From Deferribacterales bacterium (GTDB lineage: Bacteria; Chrysiogenota; Deferribacteres; Deferribacterales; Geovibrionaceae), in assembly GCA_050251875.1 (NCBI GenBank), contig JBFWMA010000006.1, positions 1 through 64,000 on the forward strand: a DNA stretch of 64,000 nucleotides, given 5' to 3'. The notes beneath the pieces were generated by a model. It was not told the origin of the DNA, ran no database searches, and worked only from the letters and a program-made list of their open reading frames with translations. Shown in pieces: positions 29,527 through 38,495 of this stretch (position 1 is its first letter; each line of letters starts with the position of its first letter). The position numbers and the translations under genes were made by a program.

Positions 29527-30435
29527 TCAGGGCTTCACGCCCGCGTCTATCACTATATAAACATCCATGGGAGTCATAGCGGCTGTTCCTGCCACCTCTT
29601 TCAGGGTGTCACGGGCATCAGCTTTTATGCCGTTTTTGCTGAGTCTCGCCAGAGCCTCGTCTGTGCTGATTCCCACCATTTCGGCGGCGTCAGCGATGGA
29701 TTTGTTGCCCATTCCGGAGCCCATCAGCGATTCATATTTTGTCATGTCTATGCCGTTTTTTCCTTCGGATTCGGCTTTAACTCCGTCTTTGCCGTCCTCT
29801 TCCTCCACCACGACATCCATTTTCTTGTTTATCTTGGCGGGTTTGATGATGGCATACAGATCAGAGGGCTTCATTCCGTTGTCCGCGGCTATCACTTTCA
29901 GGCTGTGTTCAGAGTTATATTTTATGCCTTTTTCATCCAGCAGGGCATAGGCCATTTTCTCATCTATGCGCACTTTATACATAAAGTCGGGCAGTGTGCT
30001 CAGCTCAGCGTGAGGATAGGGAGGTATGCCCACGGTATATTCATAGTCGTCTTTGTAGTCGGACAGATAGTCATTGATAGTGGAGAACGGGGCTATATAA
30101 GCCAGCGTTCCGAAGAACACGAGGCAGGAGAGAGCCAGAGCCGCCGCTGTCTCCGCTGTGAAGACAACCAGTTTTCCCTGTTTGTTCTTCATATAGAGCA
30201 TGATGGATTTCCAGTTAAGCCAGATGTGCAGTACCATCATAATGAGAAACAGCATGGAAACAGTGATGTGGGTCTGTCCCAGATTGTCTTTGTTCAGCCC
30301 CAGAATGTGCCAGTCGGACCAGTAAGCAATCCTTCCGGGCGGGATGATGTAAAGCAGAATCCCGGTAAAAGCAAGATAAAGAAAAGCAAAAAGCGAAGTC
30401 ATGGAAGTAAATTTTCTCAAAAACTTTTTAAACAT
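29527..30435 (-). CDS. DUF4405-like membrane protein (His-bearing TMs) with periplasmic helical repeats
   Basis: FTGILLY..PPGRIAYW..W..LGL.K....H...LHIWLNWK pattern; C-terminal repeats SLKVIAADNGMKPSDLY and TLKEVAGTAAMTPMDVY; GAGGTG SD before ATG 30435. Confidence 0.75.
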   Translation of the reverse strand: MFKKFLRKFTSMTSLFAFLYLAFTGILLYIIPPGRIAYWSDWHILGLNKDNLGQTHITVSMLFLIMMVLHIWLNWKSIMLYMKNKQGKLVVFTAETAAALALSCLVFFGTLAYIAPFSTINDYLSDYKDDYEYTVGIPPYPHAELSTLPDFMYKVRIDEKMAYALLDEKGIKYNSEHSLKVIAADNGMKPSDLYAIIKPAKINKKMDVVVEEEDGKDGVKAESEGKNGIDMTKYESLMGSGMGNKSIADAAEMVGISTDEALARLSKNGIKADARDTLKEVAGTAAMTPMDVYIVIDAGVKP

Positions 30436-30473
30436 CTTAAACACCTCATTTGGTTCAGCAGTGAAAATATAAC

Positions 30474-30489
30474 TGCAACCCTGATGCCA
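30474..30489 (-). promoter_or_regulatory. Sigma54 promoter of the DUF4405 gene
   Basis: Minus strand TGGCAT-CAGGG-TTGCA, ending 38 nt before the ATG. Confidence 0.8.
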
Positions 30490-30542
30490 ATGCCAGAATT
30501 TCATAAAGTATTATACCATAAAGAAATACAAATTCCAGCCAC

Positions 30543-30578
30543 TGTGATATTTTTACACACATGCGCAGAAAATGCACA
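30543..30578. promoter_or_regulatory. Two 17-bp candidate bEBP enhancer sites
   Basis: TGTGATATTTTTACACA (30543-30559) and TGCGCAGAAAATGCACA (30562-30578), both near-palindromic. Confidence 0.5.
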
Positions 30579-30619
30579 AAATTCTTGCGGCGTTCTAAAA
30601 CTGGTGTATTATTCCTTTC

Positions 30620-31261
30620 ATGAAAAAATATCTTCTTTTTGATCTGGACGGCACGCTGACAGACCCGTCAGACGGCATCACCGGATGTATCCGTTACGCC
30701 CTGGAAAAACTGAACGTGCCCTGCCCTCCCGCTGAATCCCTGAAAAAATATATCGGACCGCCTCTCTACATGAGCTTCATGGAGCTTTTGAACACTGATG
30801 ACAAATCAGCCGGCGAAAACGCCGTGAAGATATACAGAGAGCGCTTCTCCACCATAGGTCTTTTCGAAAACTATCCTTATGAAAATATCCCGGCGGTGCT
30901 CAGCGGTCTGAAGGACGGCGGATACAAAATGTTCGTCTGCACATCCAAGCCGCAGGTATTCGCTGAGAAGATAATAGACCACTTCGGCATGGGATCATAT
31001 TTCGAAAAAGTCTTCGGAAGCAGTCTGGACGGCACACATGTGGAGAAAGACAGCCTCATCGCCCATCTTCTTTCATCAGAAAAACTGGCTCCCGCCGACT
31101 GCGCCATGATAGGCGACAGGATATACGACATAGACGGCGCTCTTAAAAACGGCGTTACTCCATACGGCGTCAGCTACGGCTTCGGCGAGTGCGCAGAATT
31201 TGCGCAGGCGGAAAAAATATTCGACTGTCCAGAAGAAATAGGTGATTATTTTTTGAGATAG
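30620..31261 (+). CDS. HAD-superfamily phosphatase (phosphoglycolate phosphatase / 5'-nucleotidase-like)
   Basis: FDLDGTLTD, IGPPL, TSKP, MIGDRIYD. Confidence 0.9.
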   Translation: MKKYLLFDLDGTLTDPSDGITGCIRYALEKLNVPCPPAESLKKYIGPPLYMSFMELLNTDDKSAGENAVKIYRERFSTIGLFENYPYENIPAVLSGLKDGGYKMFVCTSKPQVFAEKIIDHFGMGSYFEKVFGSSLDGTHVEKDSLIAHLLSSEKLAPADCAMIGDRIYDIDGALKNGVTPYGVSYGFGECAEFAQAEKIFDCPEEIGDYFLR

Positions 31262-31374
31262 GCATCCTGACACACCAAATATGAGGTAGCTGGTGCGTGA
31301 TACCCGCCGGCTGAATCAACAGGATACAGCCCCGCGCGCATAAAGAACGCGGGACTGCGATACTTTTTTAATTA

Positions 31375-31695
31375 TTAAACGGCTCTCGGGGAAGACAGTT
31401 TTTCATTGATAAAACCAGCCAGATCGGCGGCTATCATGTTTATGTTGCCCACATAAGTCAGCGAATCCTCGCCTGAGAGATAGAGTATCTCTTCTCTGGA
31501 GAGTCTCGTCTTTTCGAACTGGTTAACAAAAGCCAGCTCTCTGTCTGTCCATCTTTCGAATGTTCCGAGGCTTAACAGAGCGAAGTGTTCTTTATCCAGA
31601 ATAAATCTGGCGAGAACAACCAGCTTCTCTTTCTGAAGCCCTCTGTCATAAACTTTGAAAATATCCCCGACACAATACATAGCATCTGTCTGCAT
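31375..31695 (-). CDS. Hypothetical protein, 106 aa
   Basis: Fills intergenic space; GAGG SD before the ATG; no recognised motif. Confidence 0.65.
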   Translation of the reverse strand: MQTDAMYCVGDIFKVYDRGLQKEKLVVLARFILDKEHFALLSLGTFERWTDRELAFVNQFEKTRLSREEILYLSGEDSLTYVGNINMIAADLAGFINEKLSSPRAV

Positions 31696-32060
31696 TCTTA
31701 CCTCATGGCGGTCACACCCGCCGTACTACTTTTTTATACCATTACATTTTGAATTATAAAGACTGTATCTATTTCTGCAAGCGAAAGTTTTTTTTGAATA
31801 AATAACCTCTTTATGAAATCCGCCCTGACTTTCACAATTACTGCACACTACCGAAAAACAGCATAATCAGCAGCATCTTCCGCAGACATATGAAAGAAAA
31901 GATGTTTTATTCACACACACAGGTTCATAAAAAAAATTTTCCGCAGGGCGTTTTTTAACAGTGACCGAACACAATATCCATGCAAATTTTTCAGATAATG
32001 AGCATGTTTATTTTTTGACTGCCGGAGGTTGTTTTTTAATCACACCGTTATTTCACCCTG

Positions 32061-32080
32061 ATGAATATCCCTATATTCAT
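32061..32080. promoter_or_regulatory. Perfect inverted repeat, candidate enhancer site for the MCP sigma54 promoter
   Basis: ATGAATAT-CCCT-ATATTCAT, about 70-90 bp upstream of the -24 element. Confidence 0.45.
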
Positions 32081-32148
32081 TTATATGTATGCGCCCGGGT
32101 GAGCCGATAAGCATATATCCATATTTAGCCATCCATAACAATAACTTA

Positions 32149-32164
32149 TGGCACGCTAATTGCA
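32149..32164 (+). promoter_or_regulatory. Sigma54 promoter of the soluble MCP
   Basis: TGGCAC-GCTAA-TTGCA, a perfect consensus, ending 27 nt before the ATG. Confidence 0.9.
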
Positions 32165-32191
32165 TAATACCTTATTACACGGAGGATCAAT

Positions 32192-33604
32192 ATGTGGGGA
32201 CAAAACAACAAAAACTTCAACAACATGCTAAAAAGACTGGAGGAGATGGCAGACGGAAGCATGAATCTGAACTGCTCTTTCCAGCCGCAGAAAGACAGCC
32301 TGTGCTGTAAGACAGGCGGGCTCATCACCAAAGTTTTTTCTAAAATTCACGCAATAGTGCATAAAATATCAACGGCGTCTGTCAGACTGTCGAAAACCGC
32401 TCCGGAGCTGCAAAAAGCGGCAACGGAGCTGAAATCCGCATCCACATCTCAGGCGGAGCAGGCGGTTCAGATAGCCGCAGCCGGAAGACAGCTCTCCGCC
32501 ACAGTGGAGAGCGTCACAGAGAGCACAATGGAGGCGAGCAGATATTCATCAGAGATCATAGCGTCCGCCGGAAACGCCATGGAAAAGAGCCGCAATACCG
32601 CCGACTCTATGTCCAATGTAAAATTGATGGTGAACGAGCTTGAGGCTCAGATGAAAACTATGGAGGAATACTCCAGCTCCATCGGCTCTATCATGGAGAT
32701 GATAAAAAAGATAGCCGACCAGACCAACCTTCTCTCTCTGAACGCCTCCATAGAAGCGGCAAGGGCGGGAGAGATGGGCAGAGGATTCGCCGTGGTCGCC
32801 ACAGAGGTGCGCAAGCTGGCGGAGCAGTCCATGGAAGCCACAAACGGCGTGGAACAGATACTGAACAACATCAGAAACAGCATAAAGACATCCGGAAAAT
32901 CAGTGGACAATGTTCTGACGTCCGTGGAATCCACAGTGACAGTCAGCGCTGAGGCGGCGGATATTCTGGATAAACTGACAACTGATATAAAGCATCTGGA
33001 CGAAAGACTCTCCATGATAGCCCAGGCGGGACAGGAGCAGTCGGACACAGTGAACAGCGTCGCCGATTCCATAGAGAGCATAGCGGCGCAGGCGGAACAG
33101 CAGTCGTCTCTGTCTGAAAAACTGGAGACCATCGTCACAGACATCAATGACGGATGTGACGAACTTCTGGTGTCCATAGGCGAGTTCAGGCTCCAGTCCC
33201 ATGAAAAATCCGCCTCAATCGTGGAAACAGGCGCCCTATCCGCCGATATGGTTTCCATGGACGGATCACGCATGGAGACCTATCTGAATAATTTTATCAG
33301 GTCAAACAGCTTCATAGAGCTGGCATACGTCACAGACGCCAGAGGCAGACAGGTGTCAGCCAATATCTGGAACAGAAGCGTCAGAGGCGAAAACGACAGA
33401 AGCTCCATAGGATCTGACTGGAGCACCAGAGAGTGGTTCAAAAACCCGGCGAAAACAGGCAAAACTTACATCAGCGATATATACAGATCGGTGGCTTCCG
33501 GAGGGTTCTGCTTCTCCGTTGCCGTGCCTGTGAAAACACCTGACGGAAACCTGAAAGGAATTTTCGCTGTGGATATCAATTTTGCGGATATGTTAACCAT
33601 TTAA
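32192..33604 (+). CDS. Cytoplasmic methyl-accepting chemotaxis protein with a C-terminal Cache/PDC-like domain
   Basis: [38 protein letters not shown]; no TM; C-terminus [12 protein letters not shown]...DWSTREWF...YISDIYRS...FSVAVPV...GIFAVDI. Confidence 0.9.
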   Translation: MWGQNNKNFNNMLKRLEEMADGSMNLNCSFQPQKDSLCCKTGGLITKVFSKIHAIVHKISTASVRLSKTAPELQKAATELKSASTSQAEQAVQIAAAGRQLSATVESVTESTMEASRYSSEIIASAGNAMEKSRNTADSMSNVKLMVNELEAQMKTMEEYSSSIGSIMEMIKKIADQTNLLSLNASIEAARAGEMGRGFAVVATEVRKLAEQSMEATNGVEQILNNIRNSIKTSGKSVDNVLTSVESTVTVSAEAADILDKLTTDIKHLDERLSMIAQAGQEQSDTVNSVADSIESIAAQAEQQSSLSEKLETIVTDINDGCDELLVSIGEFRLQSHEKSASIVETGALSADMVSMDGSRMETYLNNFIRSNSFIELAYVTDARGRQVSANIWNRSVRGENDRSSIGSDWSTREWFKNPAKTGKTYISDIYRSVASGGFCFSVAVPVKTPDGNLKGIFAVDINFADMLTI

Positions 33605-33675
33605 TTATATATTAATCCGTAAACCAACAGTTCACTTTTCAAAAATATTCTGATATATTTAGAAAAGGAGCTTCT

Positions 33676-34353
33676 ATGGATTTTTATGAAATGCTGGCGA
33701 TGAACTATGACATTATATTCCCGTTCTCTCAGGAGATGGCGGATTTCGTGCTGTCGCTGACACCCGTTGCGGGAAAGATTCTGGATATCGGCAGCGCCAC
33801 CGGAAAATATATCAGTCATTACATAGCGAAAGGGTACAGAGCCTTCGGTCTGGAATACTGTCCGAAGCTGATAGCATATAAAAACAGCACAGTGGTGGGC
33901 GACATGAACTCCCTGCCCTTTCAGGAAGGGTTCGACACCGCCGTATGCATGGGCAATACACTTGTCCACGCCGCCAGCTATAAGCATGCTCACAACATCC
34001 TGTCCGGAATATACAACCTGCTGGAAAAAGACGGACGGGCGGTGGTACAGATACTGAATTACGAGCGGATACTCCGGCAGAAGCCTATGTTTCTGCCTGC
34101 CATAAAGACACCTTCATGCACCTTCGAGCGCAGATATGAATATCACGGGGGCAAGATTCTGTTCACCGGAACACTCACCTCCGGTTCCAGAAAGATGAAG
34201 TCAGAGGTCACACTCTGTCCTATCACCCCCAGAGAGCTGATGGACATGTCCTTTGATTCCGGGTTCAGACAGGTGCTGTATTACGGAGGATCGAAGGGAG
34301 AAGCGTTCGACATGGACGAGAGCTTCGCCCTGACAGCCGTTTTACAAAAATAA
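33676..34353 (+). CDS. Class I SAM-dependent methyltransferase
   Basis: ILDIGSATG, GDM, CMGNTLVH, QILNYERI. Confidence 0.85.
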   Translation: MDFYEMLAMNYDIIFPFSQEMADFVLSLTPVAGKILDIGSATGKYISHYIAKGYRAFGLEYCPKLIAYKNSTVVGDMNSLPFQEGFDTAVCMGNTLVHAASYKHAHNILSGIYNLLEKDGRAVVQILNYERILRQKPMFLPAIKTPSCTFERRYEYHGGKILFTGTLTSGSRKMKSEVTLCPITPRELMDMSFDSGFRQVLYYGGSKGEAFDMDESFALTAVLQK

Positions 34354-34404
34354 ACATGGATTTTTCGCTCCCGGTCAATATCTTTCTAAAAAGAGGTTAG
34401 ACAC

Positions 34405-35172
34405 ATGCGGAAAATGCCCGTTCTCTTCATCGGTCACGGTTCCCCCATGAACATCATCCAGACCAACGCCTATACCGACAGCCTTAAAAAACTGGGTGAA
34501 TCCCTCCCCGGACCAAAAAGCATATGCGTCTTCTCCGCCCACTGGCAGACATCCGGCACACTGATACACTGCGAGGACACGGCTAAGCAGATTTATGACT
34601 TTTACGGTTTTCCGGACGAGCTCTACAACATCGTATATCAGCCGAAAGGGCACAGCGAAACGGCGGTGAGAGCTGCCGGCAGAGCCGGGCTCACCTGTGA
34701 CGGCTCATGGGGCAGCGACCACGCCGCCTGGAGCGTTCTGAAACACATGTACCCGAAAGCCGACATACCCGTATTTTACATCAGTTCCGATATGACGGCG
34801 GATTATCACACTCACTACGAAATATCTTCCAGCCTGAAACCTTTCCGTGAAGAGGGAGTGCTCTTCATCGGCAGCGGAAACATAGTGCATAATCTCCGTG
34901 ACGCAGATTTTCACAACACGGACGCAGAGCCTGACGAACGTGGGGTTCTGTTCGACCGTCAGATAGAAAAAGCCCTTCTGGAACACGATCACAATATCAT
35001 AAAAGACCCGATGTCTCTGGGGACATACGTCCGCTACAGCATCCCCACCAGAGACCACTACATCCCCTTTGTCCATGCCTGCGGACTGGCGGATGACACC
35101 GATCAGGTATCATTTCCGTGTAGTATTTTTCAAAACAGGTCTGTTTCCATGCGTTCCGTGTTATTTGAGTGA
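34405..35172 (+). CDS. ygiD: DODA/YgiD-type extradiol ring-cleavage dioxygenase (LigB superfamily)
   Basis: MPVLFIGHGSPMN, SAHW, IYDFYGFP, DHAAW, GSGNIVHNL, PTRDHYIP. Confidence 0.88.
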   Translation: MRKMPVLFIGHGSPMNIIQTNAYTDSLKKLGESLPGPKSICVFSAHWQTSGTLIHCEDTAKQIYDFYGFPDELYNIVYQPKGHSETAVRAAGRAGLTCDGSWGSDHAAWSVLKHMYPKADIPVFYISSDMTADYHTHYEISSSLKPFREEGVLFIGSGNIVHNLRDADFHNTDAEPDERGVLFDRQIEKALLEHDHNIIKDPMSLGTYVRYSIPTRDHYIPFVHACGLADDTDQVSFPCSIFQNRSVSMRSVLFE

Positions 35173-35182
35173 CCCATATCCG

Positions 35183-35211
35183 TTGACAAACGCCGATAGA
35201 AAAGTTTTAAT
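35183..35211 (+). promoter_or_regulatory. Sigma70-type promoter upstream of amrA and the oxidoreductase genes
   Basis: TTGACA-N17-TTTAAT. Confidence 0.6.
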
Positions 35212-35237
35212 TATTTATTATTAATTCACGGTGACAT

Positions 35238-35792
35238 ATGGATTTTGAGCTGACGAGGGAATCAAAACTTTTCCTGTTAAAAACCGCTAAAGAGGCCATC
35301 CGGTCTAAACTTTTCGGAAACGTTCCCGCTCAGACCGATGCTCCTGAAGAGCTGTCGTTCAACAGCGGGTGTTTCGTGACCCTGCACCTCAGAAAGAGGC
35401 TCAGGGGATGTATAGGAAACTTCCGTGAAGATATGAATATCGTGCGGAACGTGGAAGAGATGGCTGTTTCGGCGGCTTTTTCCGACCCCCGATTCGGTCC
35501 TGTCTCGCGTGACGAATTCATGATGTGCGACATAGAGATATCCGTCCTCTCCCCCATGACGCCCTGCTCCGCAGACGAGATAAAAGTCGGCAGGGACGGC
35601 ATCTATATAGTGATGGGCTACAACAGAGGCGTTCTGCTGCCGCAGGTGGCAACGGAACACGGATGGAACGAAACCGAGTTTCTGGAACAGACCTGCGTAA
35701 AGGCGGGGCTGGACAGACAGGCATATAGAGACAAAGACGCGAAAATATACAGATTCGAGGCGCTGGTTTTCGGCGCTGACAACCTGTACTAA
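35238..35792 (+). CDS. amrA: AMMECR1-domain protein (AmmeMemoRadiSam protein A)
   Basis: GCFVTL, LRGCIG, AAFSDPRF, EISVLS, GVLLPQVA, KAGL. Confidence 0.92.
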   Translation: MDFELTRESKLFLLKTAKEAIRSKLFGNVPAQTDAPEELSFNSGCFVTLHLRKRLRGCIGNFREDMNIVRNVEEMAVSAAFSDPRFGPVSRDEFMMCDIEISVLSPMTPCSADEIKVGRDGIYIVMGYNRGVLLPQVATEHGWNETEFLEQTCVKAGLDRQAYRDKDAKIYRFEALVFGADNLY

Positions 35793-35803
35793 AGAGGATT
35801 GAA

Positions 35804-37489
35804 ATGGAAAAAACTTATGTATGGAAAGTGGGAGGTCCTGCCGGATTCGGCATCACCACTCTGGGTCCTGTTTTTGCCAAGATTCTGAAGGACTGCGGGT
35901 TTTACGTCCACGGCTATCTGGAATATCCATCACTCATCAGAGGCGGATACAACAGCTATCAGATGGTTTTCGGAAAAACTCCCGTGAAAGCCCCGAAAAA
36001 ACGCATTGATTTATACATCGCTCTGGACGATGTCTGCTTCGAAAAAGAAACCTTTGATGACGATACCATCGTGATCGGCGATTTTGACAATCTGAAAAAA
36101 GCTGACGGTATCAAAGGCAGGAAGATAAATATTCCGCTGAAAAAGATAGTGGAAGACCTGAACGGAAAAGACATCATGAGAAACACAGCGGCAATGGGAG
36201 CTTCCGCCGCCGCTCTGGGTCTGCCGAAAGATGTCATGACCGAAGTGGTGAAGGTCAGCTATCCCGGCAAAATATCACAGCCGAACATAGACGCCGCATG
36301 CGCCGGATACGATGCCTGCTCGGCTCACATTCCCCTTGAGATCACAAAAAATGACGCCTGCAAAACAGCCGCCGTAATGACAGGAAACGAAGCTGTCGCC
36401 ATCGGAGCCATCAGAGCCGGCGTGTCATTTTTCAGCACATATCCCATGACCCCCGCCTCATCCATCCTGCACTATCTGGCGAAAGAAGCCAGAGACTATC
36501 ACGTCACGGTGAAACACGCCGAAGACGAGATAGCGGGAATCCTGATGGCGATAGGCGCCGCCCACGCAGGCGGAAGAGCCATGACAGGAACATCCGGCGG
36601 AGGATTCGCCCTTATGAACGAGGGACTGGGACTTGCCGCCATCACAGAGACTCCTCTGGTGATAGCGCTTTCACAGCGCCCCGGACCTGCCACAGGCATG
36701 CCCACATGGACAGAACAGGCGGATCTGAGATACGCCCTGCACGCCTCACAGGGCGAGTTTCTGAGAGCTATCTTCACCCCCGCTGATCTGGACGAGGCAT
36801 ACAGATTCACAGTGGACGCCTTCAACGTGGCTGAGAAATATCAGATACCCGTTTTCGTTCTGCTGGATAAATTCCTTTCCGAGTCTCACTTCATGACGAC
36901 AGGAATGGACACCAACTACGGCACTATGGACAGAGGAATGATATATGAGGGCGACCCCGAAAAGCCCTTCGACCACTTCCAGAGATACGCCGAAGCGGAA
37001 AACGGCGTGTGCAAGCGCCCCATGATGGGAACACCCGGCGGTCTGTTCATAGCCGCCAGCAACGAACACGACAAGACAGGCTTCGTCATAGACACAGCCG
37101 ACAACAGAATATATCAGACCGACAGACGGTTTAAAAAACAGCCCTTCGTGGCGGCGGAGATGCCCCACCCCTATCTGATAGGCAAACCGGACGCAAAACT
37201 CACCTTCGTGTGCTTCGGCTCCATGAAACAGGTGCTCGATGAGGCTATGAAGTTTGACGACAGATTCAACTTCGTCTACTTCCCCGCCGTGCATCCTCTG
37301 GACTGGGAAAAGGTGGCAGAACTGCTGAAAGGCAAAAACCTCTGCGCTTTCGAAAACAACAAAACAGCCCAGCTGAAATCGATAATCACAGAGAACACAG
37401 GCATAGTGATAGAAAAACAATTTCTGAAATATGACGGACGCCCCTTCTTCACCGAAGAGGTTCTGGAATATGTTAACGAGGTGCTTTGA
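35804..37489 (+). CDS. 2-oxoacid:ferredoxin oxidoreductase alpha subunit (gamma-alpha fusion, KorA-like)
   Basis: GGPAGFGI, YPSLIRGG, GNEA, YPMTPAS, EDEIA, TSGGGFALM, QRPGPATGMPT. Confidence 0.93.
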   Translation: MEKTYVWKVGGPAGFGITTLGPVFAKILKDCGFYVHGYLEYPSLIRGGYNSYQMVFGKTPVKAPKKRIDLYIALDDVCFEKETFDDDTIVIGDFDNLKKADGIKGRKINIPLKKIVEDLNGKDIMRNTAAMGASAAALGLPKDVMTEVVKVSYPGKISQPNIDAACAGYDACSAHIPLEITKNDACKTAAVMTGNEAVAIGAIRAGVSFFSTYPMTPASSILHYLAKEARDYHVTVKHAEDEIAGILMAIGAAHAGGRAMTGTSGGGFALMNEGLGLAAITETPLVIALSQRPGPATGMPTWTEQADLRYALHASQGEFLRAIFTPADLDEAYRFTVDAFNVAEKYQIPVFVLLDKFLSESHFMTTGMDTNYGTMDRGMIYEGDPEKPFDHFQRYAEAENGVCKRPMMGTPGGLFIAASNEHDKTGFVIDTADNRIYQTDRRFKKQPFVAAEMPHPYLIGKPDAKLTFVCFGSMKQVLDEAMKFDDRFNFVYFPAVHPLDWEKVAELLKGKNLCAFENNKTAQLKSIITENTGIVIEKQFLKYDGRPFFTEEVLEYVNEVL

Positions 37490-38310
37490 TGAAACCGCTT
37501 GATTATAACACAGGAAAGATACCCAACTGGTGCCCCGGATGCGGAAACTTCGCCATCTGGAACAGCATCAAAAAAGCCCTCGCCAATCTGGAAATAGAGC
37601 CCAATAAACTCGCTCTGGTATCCGGTATCGGCTGTTCAGGAAAGATGGTTAACTATGTCAGAAGCTACGCCCTGCACGCTCTGCACGGCAGAACACTGCC
37701 CATCGCCACCGGAATCAAACTCGCCAATCAGGGCATGACCGTTCTGGTAAACGGCGGTGACGGCGATGGTTACGGAATGGGGCTCGGACACCTGATCCAC
37801 GCCATCCGCAGAAACATCAACGTGACATACATCGTACACCACAACAAAGTATATGGTCTTACCACAGGACAGGCGGCTCCCACAGCCTTTGAAGGCACTA
37901 TATCAAAATCAACCCCCTTCGGCGTGGTGGATGCCCAGATCAATCCTCTGGTGCTGGCTATGGCGGCTGGAGCCACATTCGTGGCGAGAGGATATTCCGG
38001 CGAGTCAGAGCATCTGACAGACCTCATCATGCAGGGTATCGGACACAAGGGATTCGCCCTGATAGACGTTTTCCAGCCGTGCGTAACCTTCGGCGGAGAC
38101 TACAAGTATGAGTATTACGATCAGAGAGTCACCAAGATGACAGAGATTCCGTCACCTGACGAGGCCATCCGTCTCGCCACAGACAGCGAAAAACTGTCTC
38201 TGGGAATATACAGCAGATACAAACGTCCGCCCTATGAGGACAGACACCCAGAGATCAGCAAAAAGGTGGAAATGAAGGACGTGTCCAAACTCATCTCATC
38301 TTTTGTTTAA
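37489..38310 (+). CDS. 2-oxoacid:ferredoxin oxidoreductase beta subunit (TPP-binding, KorB-like)
   Basis: WCPGCG, SGIGCS, LHGR, GGDGDG, YGLTTGQ, QPCVTF. Confidence 0.93.
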   Translation: MKPLDYNTGKIPNWCPGCGNFAIWNSIKKALANLEIEPNKLALVSGIGCSGKMVNYVRSYALHALHGRTLPIATGIKLANQGMTVLVNGGDGDGYGMGLGHLIHAIRRNINVTYIVHHNKVYGLTTGQAAPTAFEGTISKSTPFGVVDAQINPLVLAMAAGATFVARGYSGESEHLTDLIMQGIGHKGFALIDVFQPCVTFGGDYKYEYYDQRVTKMTEIPSPDEAIRLATDSEKLSLGIYSRYKRPPYEDRHPEISKKVEMKDVSKLISSFV

Positions 38311-38318
38311 AAAATTGC

Positions 38319-38495
38319 GGCGGCATGTAAAATGCCGCCCTACTTAATGCGGCATTTCTAATCCCAGCTTGCTGACCAAATGCCGCCCTACTTATATCTG
38401 AGCAGAAACACCCGCCGATAGTAGGGCGGGGTTTTTCAGCTAGCTCGGCACAAAAACGCCCGCCGATAGTAGGGCGGGGTTTTATCACCCCGCCG
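38319..38495. repeat. Cluster of GTAG-type REP elements (REPIN/BIME-like)
   Basis: Minus-strand GTAGGGCGGCATTT hairpins at 38319-38343 and 38349-38391; plus-strand GTAGGGCGGGGTTTT hairpins at 38421-38464 and 38469-38494 (48-bp tandem period). Confidence 0.85.

Noticed and set aside
31696..32190. Hidden gene or riboswitch in the ~500-bp intergenic region (ORFs 32089-32310, 32146-32331)
   Set aside because: The ORFs overlap the sigma54 promoter and MCP start without SD; no recognisable aptamer.
38291..38488. 65-aa ORF with repeated KPRPTIGG
   Set aside because: It is the translation of the 48-bp tandem REP unit.
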